From: an uncultured Actinomycetota bacterium | GTDB taxonomy: Bacteria > Actinomycetota > Acidimicrobiia > Spongiisociales > UBA4744 | Direction of reading: 5' to 3' | Length of the DNA stretch: 64,000 nt | Assembly: GCA_963717135.1 (NCBI GenBank) | Contig: CAVQVN010000009.1 | Location: forward strand, 318,386-382,385 | Shown here: piece after piece, positions 38,526 to 48,954 of the stretch | Layout of the letters: the number at the start of each line of letters is the position of its first letter | Position numbering within the stretch: position 1 is the stretch's first letter | Program-made: the position numbers and the translations under genes | Notes under the pieces: model-generated | Databases searched by the model: none | Told to the model about the DNA's origin: nothing | Seen by the model: the letters and a program-made list of their open reading frames with translations, nothing else

Positions 38526-39138
38526 ATGCTCAAGAACATGTGGTTCTTTGAAGACGACCAAGTTCGTATCGGCCGGCTGGTGGTCGGTCCCCTCGACAAC
38601 AACGTCTTCGTCGTGGCCGATCCGCGCGGTGAGGCGGCGGTCATCGACGCCGCCGACGAGGCCGGGCGGATCCTCGACGCGGTCTCGGGCCTCACGGTGA
38701 CCGTCGTGCTCACGACCCACGGTCACGCCGACCACATCCAGGCCGCTGAACTCGTTTCCACTCGACTGGGTGCGCCTATCCGCATCCATGCCGACGATCA
38801 ACCTCTCGCCGGCATCGCCGGCGCGACTCCCATCAGAGACGGTCGAGACTATCGATATCGGTGATATCCAACTCGAAGCCATCCACACGCCCGGCCACAC
38901 CCCCGGGTCAATCTGCTTCAGACTGGGAACGCACCTCTTCAGCGGGGACACCCTCTTTCCCGGTGGTCCGGGCGCCACCCGGTTCCCCTATTCCAATTTC
39001 GACCAGATCATGGAGTCCCTGGAAACTCGCCTCTTCACCCTCCCCGATGCCACCAACGTTTACCCGGGCCACGGTGCCTTCACCACCATCGGCCAAGAGC
39101 GGGGCTCGATCCCCGACTGGAAAGCCCGCCGCTGGTGA
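38526..39138 (+). CDS. MBL-fold metallo-hydrolase (glyoxalase II-like) with +1 frameshift near 38843
   Basis: THGHADHI in one frame; HTPGHTPGS, FSGDTLF, YPGHG in the +1 frame. Confidence 0.88.
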
Positions 39139-39179
39139 CACCGAACGGAATCTTGGAGCCAGATACCCGAGGAGAAAGA

Positions 39180-39842
39180 ATGAGCAACGAAAACAGCTTC
39201 GTGGCGCCGGAGATCGACGACTACCTCGTTACGATTTCCCCGGCGGAGGACCCCTACCGGGAGGCGTTGCGTCTGGCGACCGCCGGGCTTCCGGGAGCGG
39301 CCATGCAGATCTCGCCCGGTCAGGGTCGGTTGATGACATTGCTGACCCGTCTGATGGGCGCTCGCCGGGCGATCGAAGTGGGTGTGTTCACCGGATACAG
39401 CGCTCTGTGCGTTGCCCAGGCCCTCCCCGACGATGGGCAGTTAGTGGCGTGCGAGATCAACGACGAGCACGTCGACCTGGCTCAACGGTTCTGGCAGGAA
39501 GCCGGAGTGGCCCACAAAATCGATCTTCGCCTGGCACCGGCCTTGCACACTCTGGACGACCTCCTAGATGCCGGCGAGAGCGGTCGGTTCGATCTCGGGT
39601 TCATCGACGCCGACAAAGAAAACTACGCCGGGTATTTCGAGCGGATGCTTCGTCTGCTGCGTCCGGGAGGTTTGATCCTGATCGACAACGTGCTGTGGGG
39701 TGGGCGGGTTATCGACCCGAGCTTCGAAGACCCCGACACGATTGCGATTCGTCAGCTCAATCAGGGGCTCCGTGACGATGCCCGGGTCGATGTCTACCTA
39801 TTGCCGGTCAGCGACGGTCTGATGCTGGCCTGCAAGCGCTGA
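39180..39842 (+). CDS. SAM-dependent O-methyltransferase (CCoAOMT-like)
   Basis: MQISPGQG, IEVGVFTGYSAL, FIDADK, DNVLWGG. Confidence 0.93.
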   Translation: MSNENSFVAPEIDDYLVTISPAEDPYREALRLATAGLPGAAMQISPGQGRLMTLLTRLMGARRAIEVGVFTGYSALCVAQALPDDGQLVACEINDEHVDLAQRFWQEAGVAHKIDLRLAPALHTLDDLLDAGESGRFDLGFIDADKENYAGYFERMLRLLRPGGLILIDNVLWGGRVIDPSFEDPDTIAIRQLNQGLRDDARVDVYLLPVSDGLMLACKR

Positions 39843-39981
39843 CCGTTGGCTCGATAGCATGTGCCTTTCAGCCGCCTCGACACAGCCGCACCGAGCGAGT
39901 GCTGCTGCCTGTGGTCGCTTTTTCCGCTGGACTGCCCTCTCGGTTAGGCGCGACGATGGGTGGACCGTTCCGGAGGAAATC

Positions 39982-41142
39982 ATGTACAAAGTCAAGGATA
40001 TTTCGCTCGGTGCTCGGGTTGACGATGCCGAGGAGTCCTGGTGGCGGATCCTCATGCCGGTGTCGACTCATCTGGGGGAACAACTCTCTGGAATCGACCT
40101 CAGCGGACTGACCGCGGCCTGCCGTCAGCATATCCGGATGAACACGGTTGCCACGGTCCTTCCGCTGGTGCGGGCCGGGGCCCGGGTGCGGATCGCTGCA
40201 GTCAATCCGGACAGTACCGATGATGTGGCGGCTGCTCTCCTGGCCGCCCGGGGGGTAGAAGTCTGGGCGTGGAGTCGGATGACGGACCGGGAGGTAAGGG
40301 AAGGTCTCGACTGGCTGCTATCGGAGCCTGCCGAGGCCGTCTCCGATATGGGCGGCGAACTGATTGCTGGATTCGCCGTTCGTGACGGTAGACCGGCGGG
40401 AGCACTGGAAGGGACCATGTCCGGGCTGCACCGTCTCGCCGACCTGGATATCCCGTTCCCGGTTTTCGACTGGAACAGTGTTCCGTTGAAGGACCGGCTT
40501 CACAACCGCCACCATGTCGGCCTCACCGCATGGCCGGCGTTCTCCGCCGTCACCGGACTGGCGCTCCACGGCCGGTCGGTGCTGGTCATCGGTTTCGGCC
40601 CGGTCGGTCGGGGCGTGGCCCTACACGCCCGCGCGCTGGGGGCGGTGGTGTCGGTCGCCGAAGTCGACCCGGTGCGAGCCCTCGAAGCGCAGCATCACGG
40701 TTGCCGGGACGTCGCCCTCGAGGAAGGTCTGGCGTCTTGTTCGATCGTCGTGACCGCCACCGGTCGAGAAGCAGTCCTCGGCCCCGAGCAGTTGAGCCGT
40801 CTCCGTCCCGGGGCGATCCTGGTCAATGTGGGTCACAGCAACCGGGAGATCGACGTGACCTGGCTCGACCGACAGTCACATCAGTCGGTGCGCCAATCGA
40901 TCGATCGATACACCATCGACGACCGGGACGTCTTCCTGATCAACCGCGGCAGCCTCGTCAACCTGGCCCCCAACACCGGAGTCGCCATCGACGAGTTCTT
41001 CGACCCCTTTGCCGCGATCATGCTGCAGGGGTTGGCCTGGATTCTCAGAGGAGGCGCACAACAGGCAGAACCCGGACTACAGCCCTACCCGGTCCGCCTG
41101 GCACAGGAGGTTGCCGAACTCGCCCGCCGCAGCCGCACCTGA
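39982..41142 (+). CDS. Divergent adenosylhomocysteinase (AhcY/SAHH) homologue
   Basis: MYKVKDISL, NPDSTDDVAAA, DMGGEL, IGFGPVGRGVA, EVDPVRALEA, NVGHSNREID, GSLVNL. Confidence 0.85.
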   Translation: MYKVKDISLGARVDDAEESWWRILMPVSTHLGEQLSGIDLSGLTAACRQHIRMNTVATVLPLVRAGARVRIAAVNPDSTDDVAAALLAARGVEVWAWSRMTDREVREGLDWLLSEPAEAVSDMGGELIAGFAVRDGRPAGALEGTMSGLHRLADLDIPFPVFDWNSVPLKDRLHNRHHVGLTAWPAFSAVTGLALHGRSVLVIGFGPVGRGVALHARALGAVVSVAEVDPVRALEAQHHGCRDVALEEGLASCSIVVTATGREAVLGPEQLSRLRPGAILVNVGHSNREIDVTWLDRQSHQSVRQSIDRYTIDDRDVFLINRGSLVNLAPNTGVAIDEFFDPFAAIMLQGLAWILRGGAQQAEPGLQPYPVRLAQEVAELARRSRT

Positions 41143-41354
41143 CCTCCCCTAGTCCGGTTACGTGATTCGCCTGACTCCCCGAAGCGCTCGTCCCGGCCAA
41201 GGGCGATCAGTTCGGTCGGGGAACAACGGTGCGATGGTGACAACGACATTTCGATTCAATCCTCCTCGTGGGTGTCTAACCAGGGCAGTGAGATAGGGTT
41301 GGCCCCAGTCGGCGCGCAAAGCGGGCGACACTACAACGAGGAGCGCGTCTCGAC

Positions 41355-42687
41355 GTGCAGCCGGAGACGAAGTACGCCCAGTCGACCAACGGCGCAATTG
41401 GATATCAGGTGTTCGGAGAGGGCACGGCTGACCTTGTGTTCGTAACCCAGTGGGGTACGAATATCGACAACTACTGGGACGAGCCTTCGGCCTCCAGATA
41501 CCTGGACCGTCTCGCCTCGTTCTCGCGGGTAATCCTCTTCGACAAACTCGGTACCGGTGTGTCAGACCCAATCCCGAGGGACAAGTTCCCTGGCGTTGAT
41601 CTGTGGATCGAGAACATCGTTACGGTGATGGACGCCGCCGGGTCGGAACAGGCAGTCATGGTTGGAGATACCGAGGGCGGGACCATGGCCATCCAGTTCG
41701 CAGCGACCTATCCCGAGAGGACCCGGTCGCTGGTATTGATCAATACAATCGCTCGCCTTCGACGCGGCCCCGACTATTCGATCGGCATGCCTCCCAATGT
41801 CGTGGAACGCAACTCGGAGCTGTTCCTGCAACAGCACGGCACCACCGGCGATGTGCTCATCTTGACCGCGCCGTCGGTTGCCGGCGATGCCCGTTTCCGA
41901 AGGTGGTATGTCAGGTTCCAGCGTTCGGCCATGCCACCGGAGATCCTCAGAACCGGATATCGATGGCTGACCGAGATCGATGTGACGGGAGTGCTCGCGT
42001 CGATCACCGTTCCGACCCTCGTCATCCACCGGAGAGACAACCTCTACCACCGCGTCGCCTTCGGGAAATACGTGGCGGACCGGATTCCCGGCGCAGAATG
42101 GGTGGAACTTCCGGGGGCGGACTCCAGCCCATTCCACGTTGGCAACTACCAGGAGATCCTCGACCACGTCGAGAGGTTCGTCACCGGCCAAATCTCGCAC
42201 ATGACCGAGGAACGGCGACTGGCGACCGTCCTGTTCACCGACATCGTCAGTTCAACCAAGCAGGCATCGAAGTTGGGGGATCAGCGATGGCTCGATCTCC
42301 TCGGAGATGCGAACCGGATCTGCTCAACCCAGGTCGAACGTTTCGGAGGCACCACCATCAAAACCACGGGTGACGGGTATCTGGCGATTTTTGACAGCCC
42401 CGCCGCCGCAGTCGCAACGGCGAGAGAGATCGTTGATCAGGTTGGAACCCGGGATCAATATGCGGGCCGGCCTCCACACCGGCGAGATCACCCTCAAGGG
42501 CACCGACATCGCCGGGATCGGTGTGCACATCGCCTCCCGGGTCATGGATCACGCACCGGACGGCGCCGTCGCTGTCTCCAGCACCGTGAAGGACCTGACG
42601 GTGGGATCGTCGATCTGCTACGAACCCATGGGATCATTCGTTCTCAAAGGTGTCCCCGACCAATGGAACCTCTACACGGTCAATTGA
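41355..42687 (+). CDS. Alpha/beta hydrolase - class III cyclase fusion (LipJ-like) with +1 frameshift near 42445
   Basis: FDKLGTGVSD, GDTEGG; RRLATVLFTDIVSST, KTTGDG; +1 frame RAGLHTGE..GIGVHIASRV..LKGVPDQW. Confidence 0.88.
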
Positions 42688-42877
42688 GCGCGGGCTTGCT
42701 AGTCAACGAATCGAACTGCTTCCGGTTCGTAGGCCGCCAAAGGACCCTGGCGCCCTTCACTTTTCCGCCTCCGTCTTTCGCCGACTGAGGAGAACCCGAG
42801 GTGGACCGCCCGAAGGAGCGGCCTGCTGATGGTGTTGCCGTTACGGCACAGCTTGCTCGCTACCTACACTCGTCTCC

Positions 42878-43402
42878 ATGAACGCAGTCCTGGGCGCACT
42901 CCTCATCTTTGTGATGCGGGTTACCGACGTTTCCATTGGTTCGATACGGATCGTGATGCTGGTCCGAGGCCGCAAGTGGATCGCCGGCCTCCTCGGTTTC
43001 TTTGAATCACTGGTCTGGGTCCTGGCCGCCGGGTTGGTACTCACCAACATGGACAGTCCCTTACGCGTAGTTGCGTTCGCAGCCGGTTTCGCCACCGGCA
43101 CCGTATTGGGCGGGACTGTCGAGAGTTGGATTGCCATGGGCCAAAGCGTGCTCCGCGTGATCACGCCCCTGGAGACGCCGGAGGTGGCACCGGCACTACG
43201 ACGAGCGGGGTTCGGCGTGACTGTGGTCAACGCCGAGGGCAAGAACGGGGAAGTTCGGCTGGCGTTCACCGTCGTGCCGCGCCGGCGCCACTCCGAAGTG
43301 CTCTCGATCGTCAACAACGTCAACCCCGAAGCTTTTGTGACTCTCGAGGACGTCTCGACACCGGAACTGAGGTTGATGAAGAGCTCCCGCGTTCGCAAGT
43401 AG
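42878..43402 (+). CDS. UPF0316 / DUF5698-DUF2179 membrane protein
   Basis: RVTDVSIGSIR, GFFESLVW, GFATG, LRRAGFGVT, PEAFVT. Confidence 0.88.
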   Translation: MNAVLGALLIFVMRVTDVSIGSIRIVMLVRGRKWIAGLLGFFESLVWVLAAGLVLTNMDSPLRVVAFAAGFATGTVLGGTVESWIAMGQSVLRVITPLETPEVAPALRRAGFGVTVVNAEGKNGEVRLAFTVVPRRRHSEVLSIVNNVNPEAFVTLEDVSTPELRLMKSSRVRK

Positions 43403-43510
43403 ACCTCCGGGCGCCGGCTGATCCTGGTTGGCGAGTCTCCGCCACTCCGATACGGATTGCGGACCTCAATTGACCGATGCGCCGGCCGGTGTTCCCCGCA
43501 GCCGGGAAGT

Positions 43511-45640
43511 TCACCCCAAGGTGCCGACGGTCAATGCGAGCGACCCGGCCAGGACCAACAAGGCGATCAGCAGCAACCACCAGGAATCGCGCATTCGGGG
43601 GAGACTCAGAGTTTCGCCCGGCTCGCCGGCCACCATGACCGACCCGGACCCCACTGTGAAGCCCAACCGGCGCATCACGATGTGCAAGACGAAAAGCACC
43701 ACCAGACCGGCGAGTGCCAGAACCGACATCATCGCCCCGAAGAAGGGACTGGAAGGGGACGGGAGCGTAGACAACCAGCGGTCGTTGAGGAAGAACGTGA
43801 GGGGGAAGAACACCGCGAAACCCAAACCCCAGGTGATCATTTCGGCCAGGAAGCCTAACCGAAGGCCGTTGGCATAGCTCCCGATGCCCGCCCGGCGCAG
43901 CACGGGCGCCCGGATCATGAACAATCCGACCAGCACCGGCAGCAGCACGGTCGAGCCGAGGATCAACGGCGGACTCGGCTCCCCGGCCACCGCCAGGAGA
44001 GCGATAACCGCTACCACCCAGGCGAGGGAATAACCCACAACGGAGAACACCGACGCCCGCATCGGTCTTCCCCCGACCATGTGCACGAGTGGGGCAATCG
44101 GGCCCAACAGTGCCGTGGCCGTCAGCCAGACCGCCCAGTCCCAGAGGGGCGCCGGGCGGGTCCGCGCCAGTCGCAGCACCATCCATATCAGCGAAAGAGC
44201 CGCCAGTGCCAGCCAGGCGATGACCCCCCGGCTCACAGTCGCGAAGGCCCGCGCACTGGCGATCGGCCGGATGATCGGCATCGCCCCCACCGTCGAGGTG
44301 AAGCTGGCATCCCGGGACAATTCGGAGCCGGGGAAAACGGAGTTGGCCACCCGGAGTAGTGTCTCAGCCTGGGCGACCTGCCCGGAGCTGGCATAAGCCT
44401 GCCGGAACGACCAAAGCTCCCGCTCGAGGAACCTCCGGGAATCGTCGTCCTCCACCGCCGCCAGGGCTTCCACCAGCTCCGACCTCCCGGCCGACCAGTC
44501 GATCGCCGGCACCTGATGGTCGCGCAGCGCCGGGAACAGAAAGTGGCGGTAGAAGGTGAGGAACAGGGTCGATCGGGCCAGGTCACCACTCCCGATATTG
44601 GGGAAAGGTACGGTGAGGTTGTCGGTATTGGCCAGCACGATGAAGGCCAGACCCTCGTCCGGTACCTTCAGGTAGAGCGCCGAGGTGGACGGCGGCCACC
44701 GTCCCGTGTGCCACACCAGGCGGGTTCCGGCGAAGTCCTGCACGTACCAGCCCAATCCGTAGTTGAGATCCTCCCGGCCGGCCACGGTAGGGAAAGCCGG
44801 TGACTGCATCTCAACCCGGGCGGCGGGGTTGAGCAGCTCCCCACGGTCGAGGGCGATGTCGAAGGTGGCGAGGTCGGAAACGCTCGACACCAGCCCGGCG
44901 GCCGGGTTGTGAAACAGGTGATACATACCCGGAATCGTTTGGTGGCCGTCGCCGAACTGGTAAGGCCGGGCCAACCGCCGGTAGACATCCGGGTAGTGGG
45001 CGAACGCCTCCCCGAGGCCCAGCGGCCGGGCGAAGTCCTCGAACCCGGATCGGGAGACCCCGCTCCAGAAGTTGAGCGGGTTGAGGGCAGTATCGGTGAG
45101 GTCAAGCGGCAGCAGGATGCGTTCGCTCAGCAGTTCGGCGAAGGTCCGCCCGGTGGCGCCCTCGATGACGCCCCCCAGCAGCCCGTACCGGTCGCCGTTG
45201 TAAGCGAAGGTGGTCCCGGGGGTTCCCTCGGAGGTGTGGGTGAGCAGGTGCCGCACCGTGATCCCGCTGTCCCCGATGATCCTCACCCCGTAGGCGGCCA
45301 CCGGCGTGTCGAGGTCGATAACCCCCTCTTCCACCAGCATCATGACCAGCGTGGCGGCGATCGGTTTGGTAACCGAGGCGAGACCGAAGGGTGTCGATGC
45401 GGTCGCCTCGATCTGGTTCTCGAGGTCGGCGAACCCGAATCCACTCGCCCACACCAGTTCCTGGTCCGAGACGACCGCGGCCGCCATTCCCGGGATCCTC
45501 AGCGTCTCGCGGACCTGTTCGAGCCGCGCCTCGAATCCCTGGAAACCGCCCGACGGCTCGTCCGCGGCCCCGACCCGACCGGCGAGGCATCCAGAGGCCG
45601 CCACCAGCATCACCATCGAGATCACCGCCGCTCGTCTCAC
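43511..45640 (-). CDS. Serine hydrolase (beta-lactamase/AmpC family) with C-terminal multi-TM domain
   Basis: Signal peptide; SxxK (ASVTK), LLTHTS, FAYN, YGLGW, WHTG; about 7 C-terminal TM segments. Start uncertain (45640 or 45736). Confidence 0.85.
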   Translation of the reverse strand: MRRAAVISMVMLVAASGCLAGRVGAADEPSGGFQGFEARLEQVRETLRIPGMAAAVVSDQELVWASGFGFADLENQIEATASTPFGLASVTKPIAATLVMMLVEEGVIDLDTPVAAYGVRIIGDSGITVRHLLTHTSEGTPGTTFAYNGDRYGLLGGVIEGATGRTFAELLSERILLPLDLTDTALNPLNFWSGVSRSGFEDFARPLGLGEAFAHYPDVYRRLARPYQFGDGHQTIPGMYHLFHNPAAGLVSSVSDLATFDIALDRGELLNPAARVEMQSPAFPTVAGREDLNYGLGWYVQDFAGTRLVWHTGRWPPSTSALYLKVPDEGLAFIVLANTDNLTVPFPNIGSGDLARSTLFLTFYRHFLFPALRDHQVPAIDWSAGRSELVEALAAVEDDDSRRFLERELWSFRQAYASSGQVAQAETLLRVANSVFPGSELSRDASFTSTVGAMPIIRPIASARAFATVSRGVIAWLALAALSLIWMVLRLARTRPAPLWDWAVWLTATALLGPIAPLVHMVGGRPMRASVFSVVGYSLAWVVAVIALLAVAGEPSPPLILGSTVLLPVLVGLFMIRAPVLRRAGIGSYANGLRLGFLAEMITWGLGFAVFFPLTFFLNDRWLSTLPSPSSPFFGAMMSVLALAGLVVLFVLHIVMRRLGFTVGSGSVMVAGEPGETLSLPRMRDSWWLLLIALLVLAGSLALTVGTLG

Positions 45641-45842
45641 CCATCCCGCCGACCCGAAGCAGTCGTCGCCGATCCGATGCTTACTGTTGGAAGGGAGCAG
45701 CCGTCTCGTTGCCTCGTGGTGCCCGGGAGCAGCCATGCAACCACCCTACCCGCGTGACGAGACCTGTTTTCGCCCGGGTCGTCATCCCTGCCGGTATCCG
45801 GTGAATCGTAGAGTTCAGGTGACTCGAGGTTCTCGAACTGCG

Positions 45843-46523
45843 CTATTCCTCGGCCGGGCCGCCCTCGGTGAAGACCGGCTCGGATGTCTGCTCGGTAGAT
45901 GGGGCGCGTGCTGCCCGCCAGAGGATGCCGGCCAGGCTTGCGGAGATGAGCGCGGTCGCCAACAGCGCCAGGATCTTCGACCACGCACCCTCCGGAAAGA
46001 CCCCGGTCAGGTATTGCAGTCCGGCCGTCGCCAGGAGAATCGCACCGATGGCAATCATCGTGGCGGCTCCCATGACCGACTGATCCGGCGGCCCGAAGGT
46101 CTGTTCGAGTTTGTGGGCGAGCGCCCCCATCCGCTGCTTGATGACCAGGTCGACGAGCGGAGCGAGCGCCTGGGGGATCTGCTCGATCTCGACCTCGGCG
46201 GCCAGGTCGAGACGGGTGCCTCCCTCGACCGTCGCCAGGGTGATTCGAGTTCGCTCGCTCACGCCGTTTTCGAAGCGGCTGGTGTAGGCGAGCGCCCTGG
46301 GCGGATTCAGTCTGGTGACCTCAGACCGGTGTTTGACCTTCTGGCCCAGGATCCTGGACTCTTCCAGGAACCGCGCCCCGGCCCCGTCCGGGGTATTGGG
46401 ATCTCTGACCGTTTTGCGGGTGCGACCCCATTTAGGGCTGTTTTCGAGATTACCCACAAAGGCGAACACATCCTCGATCGGACGCTCAACGACGGGCCCT
46501 TCCCACTGCACCGACGTTCTCAT
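45843..46523 (-). CDS. SRPBCC family protein with two C-terminal TM helices
   Basis: RPIEDVFAFVGNLENSPKW, GGTRL. Confidence 0.8.
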   Translation of the reverse strand: MRTSVQWEGPVVERPIEDVFAFVGNLENSPKWGRTRKTVRDPNTPDGAGARFLEESRILGQKVKHRSEVTRLNPPRALAYTSRFENGVSERTRITLATVEGGTRLDLAAEVEIEQIPQALAPLVDLVIKQRMGALAHKLEQTFGPPDQSVMGAATMIAIGAILLATAGLQYLTGVFPEGAWSKILALLATALISASLAGILWRAARAPSTEQTSEPVFTEGGPAEE

Positions 46524-46639
46524 CTCTTCACTCCCGGATCGATCTCCGCTGGGCTGGTCCCATGCACCATACGCTGCTGCGCCAGGGTCTGAAAATGAGT
46601 CACGGGTCGGGGTCTCAACCTGCTGTGGACGGTTTCAAA

Positions 46640-47299
46640 CTACAGCAGGGCCTGGTCCTCTCGGCGAAGCCGCTCGAAGCGGAAATCACACCGCTCGCCG
46701 CCGGTGGCCAGCAAGGTCGTTCGACGCCAGGAAAACTCGGGTGATAGGCCCTCGTAGAGGATGTCATCCACCCGGCAGTAGACCGGAGTCAGTTCTCCCG
46801 CTCCCAGCTGAGTGAGAGTCGCGAGGTAGTAACAACCGGTAATGTCGAACGCTATCCGGTGCCGTGACGTCTCCAGCCACTCGACCTCCCAGCCAGGAGA
46901 GGGATACACCAGGCGAGTGAGGAGGCGAATCATGATCGCAAAGACTGTGAAGAAACCCCGGCGACGCCCCCGACGTTCAAAGCGTCGCCGGCGTGGTTGG
47001 GTGTCGCCTTCCAGAAGCATGCCGACGACATCGGCGGCCTGTTTGGCCGGCCAACCTGCAGCTTGAAGCCCTCGGTATAGGGCGACCCCGGCCAGGAGGT
47101 ATCCGGCCAGATGCCAGCGCAGCACCGGGTTTCGTGGCCACGAAGCATCCCCCGCCAGAGTCTGGTAACGGGAGAGCGCATCGGTCCGGAGGTGGCCAGG
47201 AGAGTCCGGCATCTGGTGTAGCCACCGATCCAGTTTGCGAGCGCCAAGCCATGCCAACCAGCGGACCGTCATCGAAGGGCGCGGGTTCCTGGCCTCCAT
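46640..47299 (-). CDS. L-2-amino-thiazoline-4-carboxylic acid hydrolase-like protein
   Basis: FDITGCYY..ELTPVYCRVDD..RTTLLATGGERCDFRF. Confidence 0.82.
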   Translation of the reverse strand: MEARNPRPSMTVRWLAWLGARKLDRWLHQMPDSPGHLRTDALSRYQTLAGDASWPRNPVLRWHLAGYLLAGVALYRGLQAAGWPAKQAADVVGMLLEGDTQPRRRRFERRGRRRGFFTVFAIMIRLLTRLVYPSPGWEVEWLETSRHRIAFDITGCYYLATLTQLGAGELTPVYCRVDDILYEGLSPEFSWRRTTLLATGGERCDFRFERLRREDQALL

Positions 47300-47511
47300 G
47301 GCTAAATCGTGGAACCGAGGCAATCGCCGGACCAGAGGCCAAGGACCTTTTCAAACCCGAGGACCTCCAATCAACAGACAACTCACAATCCGGTTGACAA
47401 CCAGACGCCGCGAGCAACCGAACGCCTTCTGGCGCAGCGAACCGCCCGGCCCCGAGAGCGGAAAGTAAGGGCGCGGGCTGATCGCAGATCCGAGCGCCCC
47501 GTTCCACTACC

Positions 47512-48468
47512 TCAGCGGCGGAAGGACTCGACCGCGCCGGCGAGTCCGCCCTTGAGTTGGAGACTCTCGGCGACCTCGTTGAGCCGGACGATCTCATCCT
47601 CGACGAGAGTGAGATCGGCGGCCTCAACGTTCTGCGTGACTTGGGCGACGCTGCTGGCCCCGGGAATCGCCACCGTGTTCGGGTGCGACAGCACCCAGGC
47701 CAGAGCCACTTGCGCGGGGGTGGCACTGTGACTCGAACCGACCTCGCGCAGTGTCTCGATCAGCGGAGTCGCTCGAACCAGATTCACCGGAGAAGCCAGC
47801 GGATTGAGCGGATTCCTGCGACGGAACCCCTCAATCGGGTGGGCGGCGTCGTATTTGCCAGAGAGAAGCCCTTGCGCTAGAGGACTGTAGGCGATGACGA
47901 TCCGATCGTTGGCAGCGGCGAAGGGGATGAGATTCCGTTGCGGTCGCCGCCGAACGAGATTGAACAGCACCTGGTTAGAGAGAATTGGTGCCCCCAACAC
48001 CTCTTCGGCATGTCTCCACTGGCGCAGCGAGTAGTTGCTGACGCCGACGTGGCGGGCAAGACCGGCTTTCTGCACCCGTCGTATTCCTTCCATACCCAGG
48101 CGGGCGGGGAAGGCCGGGTTGGGCCAGTGCATCTGGTAGAGGTCTATCTGCTCCACTCCCAGACGGCGCCGGCTCTCCCCGGCACTTCGCTGGACCCGAC
48201 CGGGGAGCGGAACGAGCGGGAGGAACTTGGTGGCGATGAAAGCAGGGCGTCCATCGAGAGCCCGTCCCAGGATCTCCTCGGAGCGGCCCGAGGCATAGGC
48301 CTCGGCTGTGTCGAAGAAGTTGATTCCCAACTCGAGAGCCCGCTCGACGATGGCGTGAGCCTCCCGAGCCGCGTAATCCTCGCCGTAGCCCCACTCCCGG
48401 CTGCCGAATTGCCAGGTGCCCAATCCGATCTTCGAGATTGTCTCCCCTGCGGTTTCGAGGTATTGCAT
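47512..48468 (-). CDS. Aldo/keto reductase
   Basis: IGLGTWQFG, FDTAEAY, ATK, IDLYQMHWP, GVSNY, AYSPLAQGLL, IPG. Confidence 0.93.
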   Translation of the reverse strand: MQYLETAGETISKIGLGTWQFGSREWGYGEDYAAREAHAIVERALELGINFFDTAEAYASGRSEEILGRALDGRPAFIATKFLPLVPLPGRVQRSAGESRRRLGVEQIDLYQMHWPNPAFPARLGMEGIRRVQKAGLARHVGVSNYSLRQWRHAEEVLGAPILSNQVLFNLVRRRPQRNLIPFAAANDRIVIAYSPLAQGLLSGKYDAAHPIEGFRRRNPLNPLASPVNLVRATPLIETLREVGSSHSATPAQVALAWVLSHPNTVAIPGASSVAQVTQNVEAADLTLVEDEIVRLNEVAESLQLKGGLAGAVESFRR

Positions 48469-48570
48469 CCCACCATTGTTGTTCGATCGGGTACCTAAGT
48501 GACCGGGTTGCGTAGGTGGTCGCCGACGTTCCAGGCGAGAGGAAGTCCGTTGAGATGGCACAATGCCCCC

Positions 48571-48849
48571 GTGGCAGTGAGTCGTGCAGAGAGACGGAAA
48601 GACCGGACGCCTCGAGTAGTAGCGGTGTTCGGCGAGCAGCGGGCGCCGATTGCTCTCGATCTCCTGGAACTCACCGAGCTCGCCTGGCACGACTGCTATC
48701 GAGAGATCACCCCACCCGAGGACTTGATCGACGACATGCTTCTACTCAGTGAGGGAAGCATCGAGCGGCTCATCCATATGGCGCGCCTGGGCGTCGCAGA
48801 CTGGCGGGATCTGAAAGTTTCGGCGGAGGAGTTTCGCAACAGCACCTAA
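48571..48849 (+). CDS. Hypothetical protein
   Basis: LLELTELAWHDCYREITP..DWRDL; CACAAT -10-like box shortly before GTG suggests a leaderless start. Confidence 0.7.
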   Translation: MAVSRAERRKDRTPRVVAVFGEQRAPIALDLLELTELAWHDCYREITPPEDLIDDMLLLSEGSIERLIHMARLGVADWRDLKVSAEEFRNST

Positions 48850-48954
48850 CCGGCAGCGGGCCCGGGGCGTTGCCCTCGCCTGACTTTGGCCGGCGCCGGA
48901 ACCGCAAAGCGTCGGGCCCCCGGATGTCATCCCGGGGGCCCACTCGATCGTGGG

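Noticed and set aside
39843-39981. SAH or SAM riboswitch upstream of the AhcY homologue
   Set aside because: The expected conserved cores, such as GAGGAGCG..TGC for the SAH class, are not visible.
41143-41270. Minus-strand GAGGAGG with a possible small ORF
   Set aside because: Start spacing is poor and one candidate frame runs antisense into the AhcY gene.
35860-42460. Programmed ribosomal frameshifting or phase variation as the cause of the broken genes
   Set aside because: No shared slippery sequence, homopolymer or simple repeat at the sites, and the genes are unrelated.
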